Shown here in pieces: positions 15,450 to 31,391 of a stretch of 64,000 bases of DNA. A program made the position numbers and the translations under genes. The stretch covers positions 218,178,001-218,242,000 of the forward strand of contig OZ024742.1 in assembly GCA_964016885.1 (NCBI GenBank), read 5' to 3'. Numbering within the stretch: the stretch's first letter is position 1; every line of letters begins with the position of its first letter. The stretch is from Eledone cirrhosa. Its lineage: Eukaryota. Below the pieces are notes generated by a model, which had not been told where the DNA came from, did not search any database, and worked only from the letters and a program-made list of their open reading frames with translations.

Positions 15450-16880
15450 ATATACTATAAAGCTGACGGCCGTATGTATGTAACAAACTTTCCGCCAAAC
15501 GGCTGGACCAAACAGCACCAAATTTACACCATAGATGTAACTTTTTCCAAGTAAAAAGTGAGGGTATTTTTGTCTATTGAATTTTGTTAAAAGATTAAAG
15601 ACATTATTTAAATATTCATTCCTTAAAATTTCAAATGTCAACACTTCCGGTTATACGTCATTCCTCACTTTTTCTTATGACGTCGCACAACATTCCCCTA
15701 TTTTTCTTACTCTGTATTTTTAGATAGATACATAGATATAACGTAGCGCCCTTATAATATGTCTCTGTATGTCTGGCTGTCTGCATTAGATAACGTTTTT
15801 CGAAATATTTACTTATGCGTTCCCAGACTGATTTTTTTAGTTTCAGAAGATCCCGTTAAGCGTGAAAGCAGCGATTCTTTGGTTAAACTTTAATCTGTTA
15901 TTTTAATATATATATTCCTGTACAGATATTTTTGCATACACAAAAACATATTTATTTCACGAAAGCACAGACGGTTTATCGTCATTGTTACTGTTCAAGG
16001 TTAGAGGACCACAGTCTTTTCAAGATCTGAGAACCATCAATGGCCATCAATGTTCCACTTACCATTTGGCTTGCCAGATGCGTGGTATGTTACACGATGA
16101 CAACCCTTGGCACCTCACCCTAAAGAAGCAGCAACTGCTAAAGTCCCGTCTCAGCTGCGAAAACATTTGCTATTATGCTGCACAACTGCGATCTTGCCGA
16201 GCCGCTCGCAATGTGGAACAACCACCGCGAAAGTCTGGCTGAGGACATCCTCCACCGCACACGCAGGCACAATACGAACGTAACATACGATGTCGTTTTC
16301 AATTAGACGCTCATTTGTCTTGAAAACAGTGTCCTGGAGATTGGTGGTAGGCCTCTAAGTCACTACAGCTTACCTGCTCCTGACAGGAGTGTCCAGAGGT
16401 CAACGTCTACAGAGCTTCTCCGTGAGACGAGCTACGAGATCAGTGATTCTCCCATGGTCAATTGTATGTAGGATGCTCTAGGGTGAGCTCGCCAACAATC
16501 TCTTCATCTTTGCTCAGGAGGGCCGAACAAAAAATATTGTATACTCTGTGGCTCTAACAAGGTAATTTAAATATTTTCTGTTACTTGGAATTTCCATTAT
16601 GGTTGTACAAATTATTGTTTGTTAAAAGATGTGTTCTCTGTTCAGCCTTTATTGTTGTAACTATCAATTTTCTTTAACGTACTGGCTGCTGAACACTGGG
16701 GAATCCTAAAAACTATTCAAACCCAACACCAGAGCACGTTAACTCCCCCCCCCCCACACACACACACACTCGCTGATTTGAGAGGGCGTGCGGTATCTTT
16801 GCACTAGAGTGTAGGGGGGATTCCTGAAAAGAAAAAATGCTGGTATACCCAACCGAACGCCAGCCGGACGGGCCAACTAG
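15450..16880 (+). mobile_element. Internally deleted Helitron (RepHel fragments)
   Basis: LLLFKVRGPQSFQDLRTING..TYHLACQMRGMLHDD..W..LAED at ~15980-16250. Helicase end SHGQLYVGCSRV..TKNIVY at ~16450-16545. GC-rich subterminal segment and CTAG at 16877-16880 followed by T; Helitron-like 5' leader near 15450. Confidence 0.8.
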
Positions 16881-17292
16881 TATATACATATAGAAGGAAT
16901 TTGTAGTTTACTTGAAGAATTGTATATGGTATAAAGAATTCGAAGTTGGAAAGCCACGACAATGCAGGTGTGGACAGAGAAAAATTAGGAACAGGGCTTG
17001 TTTTTTTACCTTAATTTATTCATGTCTTGATATTTCAAGATTAATATCCCTTCATCCGACAAAAATGAAGGAACTATTTCAGTGTCCGATCTGGCTTGCT
17101 ATACCATCCTGGTCGGAAGTGGTTTTATTATTTATTTATTTATTTTTATTTTTATAAGATAATTAAGGTCTGGACACATATATATGCATGTATGTATGTG
17201 TATGTATATATATATATATGTATATAAAACTATCCACAATAGAGAGTACTCACAACCTCTAATTGGATTACCTATTACGATAACTTGTTATC

Positions 17293-17492
<200 letters not shown>

Positions 17493-17656
17493 TTATATAT
17501 ATATACATATACATATATATATGTATATATATATATATATGTATAGTGAAGGTGTGTGGCGGAGTGGTTAGGGTATTGGATTCGCAATCGTAGGGTTGTG
17601 AGTTCGATTCCTGGACCAGGCGATGCGTTATGTCCTTGAGCAAGACACTTTATTAT

Positions 17657-17961
17657 TAATATATATATTTATTTGGTTCCTTTACCGGTTTCGCAGTTCT
17701 TCTACTTTTCAAAAGTAGAGTTGAGATGGAGGGTCTGTGGTTTTTCTCACAGATGAGAAAAACCACAGACCCTCCATCTCAACTCTACTTTTGAAAAGCA
17801 GAAGAACTGCGAAACCGGTAAAGGAACCAGATAAATATATTTATTTAAAAAAAAAAAATAAGACTCCAGTTGCATTTTCGATTTCATCTCTTTTTCTTTA
17901 TACTTTCACTCGTGTAGGAAACCTCGGTTATTTTTCAATTTGTAAAAAAACTTCACTTTCT
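17657..17961. mobile_element. Fold-back Penelope-type family C fragment; HHR at 17788-17823
   Basis: About 90-bp inverted arms around 17751. The + arm has CTT-TTGAAAA-GCAG-AAGAA-CTGC-GAA-ACCGGT-A-AAG. Confidence 0.75.
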
Positions 17962-17982
17962 AATATATATATATATACATAC

Positions 17983-18270
17983 ATATATATGGATGTATAT
18001 ATAATGTATTTTGCAATACACTTTATGCTTAATTAAAAGCATTTTGAAGACCGTATGCTATTGTTTTAGAGTAGTGACAAACTCACTTACTTTAATCTCA
18101 GCAAACAAGGGGAGATAAGCCGACAAGATTAAAGTAAGTGAGTTTGTCACTACTCTAAAACAATAGCATACGGTCTTCAAAATGCTTTTAATTAAGCATA
18201 AGTGTATTGTAAAATACATTATATATACATCCATATATATATTGCTATTTCAGAGCTCCAATTCTAATAC
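17983..18270. repeat. Fold-back insertion in (TA)n (arms 17983-18098 and 18126-18240)
   Basis: About 115-bp near-perfect inverted repeat, ~27-nt spacer, ~30-nt unique tail. Confidence 0.85.
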
Positions 18271-18301
18271 ATATATATATATATATACATACATATATAT
18301 A

Positions 18302-18391
<90 letters not shown>

Positions 18392-18392
18392 G

Positions 18393-18477
<85 letters not shown>

Positions 18478-18522
18478 GTATATATATATATGTATATATA
18501 TATATGTATATATATATATATG

Positions 18523-18580
<58 letters not shown>

Positions 18581-18586
18581 TGTATA

Positions 18587-18693
<107 letters not shown>

Positions 18694-19049
18694 GAAGTAT
18701 ATATATATATATGAATTCGTTTTGCAAGGTTTTTCATATGAAATTGTGTGTCGAAACAAATGTTGTTATATTTAGGGAGGGTCATATTGTTATAATATTG
18801 CCAGAAATAATAATAAAACACACTCACTGTTTGGTATTCAAAGATAGAATACAAAAATACTTACACTCAAGCACGAACACACACACCAAACAGGAAACAC
18901 ACACGCAACTGCATGCGCAAACAGAGACAGAGACAATAATAAATAAATAAATAACTAAAATAAAAATGGCGTAGGCATTACAATACAACGGGAGGAACCA
19001 TAATAGTACCAATGATGATGTCACAGATTTGTGACGAAAGAACTTTGAT

Positions 19050-19108
<59 letters not shown>

Positions 19109-19150
19109 CTGTATTTTTAGGTATTACAATACAACGGGAGGAAACAATAG

Positions 19151-19194
19151 TACCACTGATGATGTCACAGATGTGTGACGAAAGAACTTTGATA
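19151..19194 (+). ncRNA. Minimal type I hammerhead motif (family F)
   Basis: TACCA-CTGATGA-T-GTCACA-GATG-TGTGAC-GAA-AGAACT-T-TGATA. Tandem copy at 19007-19050; relics at ~14536-14576, ~44087-44132 and 51604-51650. Confidence 0.7.
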
Positions 19195-19197
19195 GAC

Positions 19198-19365
<168 letters not shown>

Positions 19366-19535
19366 CTGTATTTTTAAACGTTGGTCAATCAAAGATAAAC
19401 ATCGATTGCCAGATAAATTAACTATGGAGATATAAAAGATACAGGAAGCGAAAACCAACCCAAACCAAACAGTGAGTGTGTTCTGTTATTATTTCTGGCA
19501 ATATTATAACAATATGACCTTCCACAAATATAACA

Positions 19536-19605
<70 letters not shown>

Positions 19606-19715
19606 CATATATATATATATATAACGAAGGAAATGTGGTAAGGAACCAGGTGGACCATAACGCACCAAAGTACTCAATACTTAGGGTAGTAGAGTGGGTA
19701 ATAGGAACCAGTAAG

Positions 19716-19809
19716 ACCCCGACGGCTGCGCTCAAGCCGTTTCGACGGCTAATTCTGGACTAAAGGAAAATTTATCCTGGTATTTAAATAGCCGAGCTTC
19801 TCAAGGAGT
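19716..19809 (-). ncRNA. Type I hammerhead ribozyme motif (U3-A8), family A
   Basis: Reverse complement of the 22076-22169 motif; helix I is ACTCC/GGGGT with one G-U pair. Confidence 0.75.
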
Positions 19810-20141
19810 AATTTCATATATGGTCAAAGTGATTGTCACAAGGATTGGTCACAAGTTAGTAGTAATTCTGTGATGGCAAATTAGTGGGGGAAGGGGTAGC
19901 TAAACCTGCCAGTAGGAGAAAAAGGGGAGGGGGTGGAGTAGACCCATTCATGCGTTGGTGGTGCCGGCTACAGCTGGGCGTGAGGTCAAAGAAGATACTA
20001 GGGAGGGGGAGGGGGAGGAAGTCGAAACGGTAAGTAGAACAATGAAGGGTAAAAATATACTGAGAGTGAAGCGAATAAAAGTAAATAAAAAATTTTAAAA
20101 AAAGCAATTTCTACGACCTAAGTCTCTCGCTATTGCTAGGC

Positions 20142-20172
<31 letters not shown>

Positions 20173-22075
20173 ATGAATAAATAAATGAATAAATAGATAA
20201 AGAAATAAAAAAAATAAAAAATAAATAAACTAGGTGGGACGGAATAGGAAAGGACCCTTTTAAGAGGTATAAGTACGTATATCATACAGTGCGGGTCAAC
20301 AAAGGGGGTCCAAAATACTAAAGAAACTACCACGAAATAATTAATAAAGGTTTCTACGCCGGGCACAAGGCCAGCAACCACCCAGTGCAGAAAAGTAAAC
20401 TAGTACGAAATAATAATTCAGAGTCCCGAAAAAAATATACTAATGCTAACTCTAAGGGTACCGCCAAACTACAAAAGTTCTTATACAAGCTACATGAAAG
20501 TTCGTACGAAGTAAAAGTAGAATACGGAAAATTAATTCAGAATCCACCCCGCCCAAAAGAAAAGAGAAGAAAGAAAAACTGAATAAACGAGAAATAAAGC
20601 AGAGATGCCACTAAGAAATATAGAAGTCACGGAAAAAAGGGGGAGCGGTCGGATAAGGGGGCAAGTATCCGAGGTCTAACACAACTGCTATAAAAAGCGG
20701 AGTCCGCCAAATCTAACATAGACTGGGGGAGGGGGTGGGGGTACTGAGGCTACAAGGGGCCGAGGGGCTACCTCGGGTGGGCGAGAAAAAGACGCCGACA
20801 AAGAAAAAGAACTGGGGTAGAAGGACTAGGGAGGGATGGGGGAAGAAGGAAATATAGAGGAAGCGATAAAAGAATATAAAAGAAGATCTTACGTCTCCCT
20901 TGGCAAGCAGGGGTTACCCATTACAAAATCGGCAAGTGGGGTGTTATAGCCCTAGTCTACCCCCCCGGGTCATTATGGGGTTTGAGGGCGAGGTAAGTCC
21001 TACGCAATCTGTGTTTACATGCAGTAACCAGTTCATCTTTCTTGTTTAGGAGTTGGTCCGTTGAAAACAGCATTTGTAAAGTTTCCTCCGAGCATAAATT
21101 GCACGGACGGCGTCCTCCCGTGTAAGAGTTGGCTCTGGACAGTAATCTCCAAGTGAGATCATAGGTGATGTTGTTGTCCTTGAGGTCCCATATGTGGCCC
21201 GAAAGTGTAGTGGCGTGACGCCGGGCCGGGTTTTGGAAGGTATGTCTGTATGCCGGGTCTTGAAGTCACATGTGGTTAATCCTATATAAGCTTTGTTGGA
21301 GGTGTCCGTCCTCACGTTGCACTGGTAGATCACATTACGGTCTCTGCATCTGTTGTCGAGGGGGAAAATGGATCTATCAGGACAGTTGCACCTCCTGGTC
21401 GGCTCTCCACTGCTATTTAGGTTATTTTTTCCATCGGGGTTGAGTTTTTTGTTGTTGGAGGAGACGATGTTTTGTGCGAAGTTTGGTGTAGTGCTGTAAG
21501 AGAGTTTGATAGTATTTTTGTTAATTATGTTGTGGTAGCGGTGTTGTAGTGGGAAGTGTTTTTCAATGAGCCTAAAGAATATTTTCCCGATGGGAATTGT
21601 CACCTCTGCATTGTGGGGAGGATTGAACCATGTTACATTGCGTGAGCGGCAGTGTCGCCTGCTGGTTCCGCTAATGGGAGCGGGACAGTAGGATATTTCC
21701 TCCCGGAAACCACTCCGCTAGAAGGCCTCACTACCACCACACCACTACCACCCCCAACTACCACCACACCACACCACTACCACCCCCAACTACCACCACA
21801 CCACACTACTACCACCTCCAACCAGTATATTTTTACCCTTCATTGTTCTACTTACCGTTTCGACTTCCTCCCCCTCCCCCTCCCTAGTATCTTCTTTGAC
21901 CTCACGCCCAGCTGTAGCCGGCACCACCAACGCATGAATGGGTCTACTCCACCCCCTCCCCTTTTTCTCCTACTGGCAGGTTTAGCTACCCCTTCCCCCA
22001 CTAATTTGCCATCACAGAATTACTACTAACTTGTGACCAATCCTTGTGACAATCACTTTGACCATATATGGAATT

Positions 22076-22169
22076 ACCCCTTGAGAAGCTCGGCTATTTA
22101 AATACCAGGATAAATTTTCCTTTAGTCCAGAATTAGCCGTCGAAACGGCTTGAGCTCAGCCGTCGGGGT
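22076..22169 (+). ncRNA. Type I hammerhead ribozyme motif (U3-A8), best family A copy; predicted cleavage after GUC at 22164
   Basis: Helix I ACCCC/GGGGT; core TTGAGAA; helix II G-C plus CGGCTA/TAGCCG with a long loop; GAA; helix III ACGGCT/AGCCGT; C17. Confidence 0.8.
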
Positions 22170-22402
22170 CTTACTGGTTCCTATATATATATATATATAT
22201 ATACAATATATTAACAAATGGAAACTATATTTATAAAACCATATTTATTTCATTATACATATTTCAAGGGCCACCTGAGCAATCTATTGTGCGCTTTCAT
22301 CAGATAAAATATAATATAGGTTAGTTTTATAAATAAATATTGACATACCCTTAAAAAATGCAACCATTCTGGTTGGAATCTCCTGGATAGTGTAAGAGTA
22401 GT

Positions 22403-22459
<57 letters not shown>

Positions 22460-23179
22460 AATTTTATAAGTTGATAATACAAGAGTAAGGCGTTCAGATA
22501 TTTAAAGCTCAAATGTGGTTTATTCTATATCCTGATTTGTGAAAGGTATTTCAGAGGTTAATACAGTTGGTATACTTCCAGTCATCTTAGATTTATAATC
22601 ACAGAGCATATATTAACACAAGTAATAGATCACAAAGTTTCAACAATTAATAAATTATTTATTTGATCTACACATGTTACATTCCCTAAAGGTATTATTT
22701 ACAATACCTTTATAGAGTGATCGTCAGGATCAATTATATACAACATATTAAAAAGTATTTGATTACGGACCAATGCATGCGCATACCAGCATGGCTGTAG
22801 TGACAAACTGTAAATAAAGTTTTTTTTATGGTTAAGGAAAGTTGGAATTGCTAGAATTATTTAACGATACATTTCTTAATAGTTATTCTGTCAGGTATTA
22901 CCAGCACTCCTATTCTGATATAAATATAATCTATGTCCGTATTTAGTGCAAATATAGTAGTATTTACTGAAGTTATAATCAAATTTAATCTCAAATATAA
23001 GTAGAACAAACAAAGACATATTAGACAGAATCATTCCAAAAATTAAACTAAAAACCACTTTCAACCTATGGGGTTGATAAAAAATTGATTTAAAAAAATG
23101 ACAAAAAGGGATTTGAAAAGCACACCTGGTATATATATAAAGAATCCTTATAACATGTAAAAAAATTGATGTTAAGAAT

Positions 23180-23590
23180 TGATGTTAGCAAAGCCTGCTT
23201 TCACCGTTTTAGATTATCAAAACACTGGTGGACCCTGGCCTGTCCTGGAATCCTTATCACAAGAACAGTCATTATGGGGATCAAGTTTGTGCGGTTGGTG
23301 TTTGCGCGTCTCCCACCTGACTAGAATCTACTCATCTGTGCAGGGCACTTCCCTTCATCTTCCTTCCAAGCCCTGCGGTGATGGAGTCCGCCTTGATGGA
23401 GTCAGGATCAGGATTGATATAGAAGCATCTTACACCTCTGTTGAGGAAGGCCCTAGAAAAAAGGTGGGTTAAACCTTGTCCGTTCCTCTTCACTCGGGTG
23501 ATAACGGCGTACTTCCAGAGGCGTCAAAAAGAGGCGTCAAGTTCCTCTGAAAGTGGACTGCTGGAATGTTCCTACCCTAATGGACAGAAA
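23180..23590 (+). mobile_element. RTE-like LINE 5' UTR and start of the AP-endonuclease relic
   Basis: Ends with LKVDCWNVPTLMDR, resembling the RTE APE N-terminal motif xxWNVRTL; GC-richer than its flanks. Confidence 0.45.
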
Positions 23591-24759
23591 TCTCTTTCAC
23601 TTATTAGATAAATAGTTTACGAAAATAATATTTATAAGTATATATTATAAGTAAAACTTTAACTGTCAACGTGTTCTACAAATACATTCTATTCCTTAGA
23701 TATTTTCTCACCTCTTCTTTACAGTATTATTCTTTTAATGACTTTTCAAACCTTTTTATTCTCTCATAAATTCATTTACGACCCTTTCCAATCTGAGTTC
23801 AAATCCCGCCGAGGTTAACTTTGCCTTTCATCCTTACGGGGTCGATAAAATAAAGTACCAGTAATGCACTGGATAATTGCTGGCCTTGTGCCAAAAGTAG
23901 AAACAATTATTTCTTCACTTACTCTTTAACTTTCTTTTTTATTTGTTTACATAATCTAAAACATCATCATACTAAAGAGAAGTGAGGTATCTTAAACAGA
24001 ATCTGTCTGTGATTATAAAGGAAACAACAGCTAAGTTTCTTAACTGTTACATTTTTACAAAATGAAAAAAGCGCAATGCAACTGGTATTCTTGTTTAGAG
24101 CCAATGAGAAGTGGTTTTACGGAGAAGGAAAAATCAAGTTAATTTAAAATTGCCAAGTCTTTCAATAAAATTGTGGAAGTGGCTGTAGTTTTTCTGAGAC
24201 GGAGGTCGCAATGATTAAGCACAGAAAGACAAGTGGTATATGATGACACAGAAACATGATAAAGATTGATTTCTAATTTATTCAAAATCCCAGTAAATTT
24301 AATTAAGGGGAGAAGGAAAATCGATTGAATTGACTCTAGTATTTGACAGATACTCTATTTTATCGACCTCGGTAGGGTGTAAGATTTGATGCTCTAAAAC
24401 ATTTTGTCCGATGCTATAACAACCCTACCAACCCACCACACAGTGAAGATTGGTCTGCCAGAGATATAGGGTCTTTGCAGATAATGTACTACGTGTTAAC
24501 GAAAATAACATTTTCTGAAAAAATAGAAACCCTTTCCAGTAAAACACTTTCGGTGACTCTTTCAAATAATTTGTATTCATTTCTAAAGGGAAAAAAAGGA
24601 GCTCACCATTTTTTCTAGAACTCCTTCGTCAATTCTTTCGAATTTTTGTTCGAAATTGCAAAAGGTAAAACCATTAAAACAGAATCTGTCTAAATTAACT
24701 GATTAAAAATATATAAAGGAAATAATTATTTTTGAAACGTTAATTTTTTCTCTTACAAA

Positions 24760-24800
<41 letters not shown>

Positions 24801-26633
24801 AATGCAACTGATATTAGTTTCCTCTGATATTAGTTTTATAGCTAATGAGAAGTAACTTTACGAAAAATCATGAATATTCAAAAATTTTAATAGGAATAAA
24901 GAAAAAATTAAGTTTCACTTATAAACATAATTTTGCTACAAAAATAGCAAATATTAGTATTTTAAATATATCTGATTGTCTCTGTTCTCTGTTCGTGTAA
25001 TTGTTTTACCCACGTAATTTGTTTATTAAATAATTCGCCTTCCGAAATCTATAGTTTATTGGGTGAATGTATTTATAATAGGTCTTAACATATAATTGTT
25101 TCTACTGAAGGCACAAGGCCAGCAATTTGAAGGGCGGGGGGGGGGGGAATCGATTATATCGACCCTAGTGCTTACTGCTACTTTATTTTATCGACCCCGT
25201 AAGGATGAAAGACAAAGCTAACTTCGGTATGATTTGAAATCAGGACGTAAAGAGCCGTAACTCTATGCCATGAAGTATGATGTTCGGCGCTCTAGCGATA
25301 CTGCCAATCAACCGCGCTCATATAATCAACATAAATATACCTTAAGAAACCATGAAAGAATTTTGACACAAATATATCGATGTATATCTGGCTTTCAAAC
25401 ATAAAAATATCAGAAACTAAATCTCCATTTGATTTATAATAGAACAAGTTGAAAGCGTTTAATCAAAGTAACGATGGTTTTGATTTTTATATTAGGAAGA
25501 AAAAACTGAATATTTTGAAGCGTAAGAAGTCTATCTTAAACTCTCGTTCAAAGCTAATAACGTTTTGCTGCCATAAATCGAAATTTCCGTTAGAATGTCT
25601 TAAAATAACTAACAGTCTTATTCCATATTGTTAGATCCTTCAACCACGAACAAACTAGGGAGCTCTACGTGGTTGCCCTAACTGCGAAAATATCATCCGA
25701 ATGTTACTCAAATCATGCTCTATCGTATTTAAAAGTACCTAGCATTTAGGAACAAACAGAATGGCCACTGCTGCAAAGCTTTTAATCATATAGCGACTAG
25801 TGTCTATGAACAACACTGCTCCATTTACATTTAAAAGTATTATATTATTAACGTAGTGGATTGGTAGTAATCGGTAGAGTGTCGAACAACATGCTGTATG
25901 GCATATAGTTACGGCCCTTTACGTTCTGAGTTCAAATCCCATCGAGGTTAGTTTTGCCTTTCATCCTTATGGAGTCGATAAAATAAAGTACCAGTGATGT
26001 ATGGGGCAGACTTAATCAACTTTCTCCTCCCCTTCAAATTGTTGGCCTTGAGCCTAAGATCAGAAACTAATATTAACGTGGTGGATTGGCCGTACTCGGT
26101 AGAGAGTCGGAAAACATGCGTTGTGGCATATATATATATATAGTTACGGTCCTTTATATCCCGAGTTCAAATCCTGCCAAGGTTGGCTTTGTCTTTCATC
26201 CCTACGAGTTCGATAAAATAAATAACCAGTAAGCACTGTGGTCGATTTAATCATCCTTCCTTTCCACCAAAATTGTTGGTGGAAGTTTAAAACAATTATT
26301 AACGCACATCTCATAATCAGGGGAGTTGATTAACTTATTTTATTGCTGGAGAATCGCTAAAAGCTGAACCTGAAACTCACAATTTCTGAAGCTTCGGTTT
26401 AAACTGAACTTTATTACACTTTTTGACTTTATTCTATCAAATTCCTTTTTCTTCTTTACATTGTTGTGTCTTTCCTTTGTTTAAACTACATCGATATCCA
26501 CCCTCTCTCTCTCTCTCTCTTTATCTATCTATCTATCTATCTATCTATACAGACTTACTTTCTAACCGTCTCTCTCTCTCTCTCTGTCTCTCTCTCTCTC
26601 TATATATCTCTCTCTCTATCTCTCGCTCCCCCT

Positions 26634-26674
<41 letters not shown>

Positions 26675-26959
26675 TTAAACGTAGATTGTGTTTTGTTGAC
26701 TCCCATCTGTCGAGGTTAAGAAGAAACAAGAAATATCTATGTTAAATAAAAGTCTATGACTGTCAGACGCCGCAGGCTCGCCACCATTTCTTACCTTGCT
26801 CGCGTCACATGACAACAACATAACAAACAAATCACAACCCATATTTCTATATATTCCATCTTAACAACCAATCTATCTCTTTCTCTCTTTTTCTCTCTTC
26901 TTGTCCCCACCTCTCTGTCGCTTCCTACTCCTTCTTTCTCTTTCCTTCTTTATGTATAC

Positions 26960-29420
<2,461 letters not shown>

Positions 29421-30124
29421 ACATACAGGCTCGCACATCATTTAAATCAAATGTTGGTATACACATATAAAGACACTGAAACACAGACACACAAACACAC
29501 ACACGTAAATGCATGCACTCCAATCACACTACATCTTTCTTACACAACCATACAATAAATGCTGTCATACACACATATAAAGACATAGACATACGCATAG
29601 AACTATACATATCCATAAATGCATGGTTATTTACATGTATAAAGACAGACAGACATACATACACAAAGAAAGAGACATATGCACACACATACACTTTAAC
29701 TACAATTTGCTTCTTTCTTATACACACACACAAAAACAAAAACAGAAAATAAATGCCGGCATACACACATTTACAAATACGTATATATGTATGTAAAGAC
29801 CTACACGCGGAAACTCACACAGACATGCACCCACACATACATTCATACACGCACATACACGTATTCTACATCCCTCCGTACCACACTACACCATACTTCA
29901 CAATACTTCACCACACCATGCATTCCACAAAACACCCAACCTCACTACACACCTCAGAATACCACACCTAACTACACACCAAATTACACCATATCGGACT
30001 ATATCTTCCTCTCCTTCTCCCCTCTCTTCCCGCTCCATCTTCCCATCTTCTTTTGTACTCATTTCTTCCACAAATTGAACGATAACTGATAATTTACTAC
30101 CTGCTTCCATTTTACCTAATAAAA

Positions 30125-30470
30125 AAGGTTACACTTTTATTCAATCTTATATATAAAGGAATATTACCTTTATATTAATTAACAATTCTTATTAGACATT
30201 TGCTAAAAATTTTATATTTATTTTGAAATTGATATTATCTTCAATATTGAAAAATCTATTTTGCTTCATTATAATAGCATATGGAACAAGAAACATTCCA
30301 ATGTTTCCTTTGGTGTTAATATGGGAGCAAGAGATTCTGCAGAAATTACTGACATTGTAGGACTGTGCATACTCTGAATAGATTATCTACGAAGTTTTCC
30401 TTCCATAGGCGAAGGATTGTCAAGAGATGATAGGTTACATATCTTACAATAATTTATTAAGCAAGAAGTA
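30125..30470 (+). mobile_element. Ancient Penelope-like RT core relic
   Basis: Broken frames read YTFIQ..IKEYY..KSILLHYNSIWNKK...FGVNMGARDSAEITDIVGL...GLSRDD. Confidence 0.7.
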
Positions 30471-31391
30471 TTTCAAATATTTTTCTACAAATGACTCTTT
30501 TGAATAAATAAATATTCTGAATGGATTAGACGTTGCCGAACTCTAACATATCAAAACCTTTCTTTAGTCTCCTAAATAACTGGTTAAATCTTGGTTTTTT
30601 ATTTTTTGGTTTCGCTTATAATTTTTCAATTTTTGCTTTTATTTTTTATTTTTTATTTCTTCATTCCATTTCTTTCTTTTTCTTTTCTTTATGTATTACG
30701 AAGTTGTTTTGGGAACACAAAATATTAAAGTGTTTTAAGTATTTTGTTAGCTAATATAGGTAGATTTGTAGTTATTTTCAAAGTTTCTATGACAATAACT
30801 AATGAATAGCTAAGAGTGTTCTACATATTGATATTTGAGAGAGATTCATAACACCTACGTAGTTGAAGATATTAGTCATAAATAAATAATTCAATAATAC
30901 CACTGGAAAATAAGTTTGTCGTTACTGGTAACGTGTGTGTGTATATATAAATTTGGAAAACTGTCCCGCGTACCTTAACTCATACAACATGAATAGAAAA
31001 AGCTGTGCGAAACCCTCAGAAGAAAGGAGAAAGGACGAAATACAGGATAGTCCTTTCTCATCAGTCGACCGCTGGAGGTCCTTGTGGTTTCGATATTTAT
31101 AGGTCAATACTACTAGCTCATGCACATATGGGACAGTAAAAAATGGACATAAGACAGCAAAGATTGATATTTTGACCATTTACAAATAAAATAAAATTTG
31201 TTAGAAACCAACGTGCAGCAACAGGAAAGAAGAGATAGGAATAAAGCCCAGCATATTAAACAAGAAGAGGAAGTATGCACAGAAGGTGATCTGAGAAAGA
31301 GAAGGTGGAAGAGACATAAGTTCTATATGGACAAACACAACTTGCATGTATGTATGTATGTATGTATGTATGTATGTATGTATGTATGTAT

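Larger units (their letters stand above)
19622..22183 (-). mobile_element. Penelope-like element (Naiad-type), 5'-truncated, with inverted partial pseudo-LTR at its 5' end
   Basis: ORF 21046-21603(-) is homologous to 9342-10292 (CNC-x5, VIY..YIG). 21823-22183(+) is an inverted copy of 19702-20061. Both ends lie in (TA)n. Confidence 0.92.

Noticed and set aside
30922-31179. 85-aa minus-strand ORF with a hydrophobic N-terminus
   Set aside because: No recognisable domain or splice context; length is compatible with chance.
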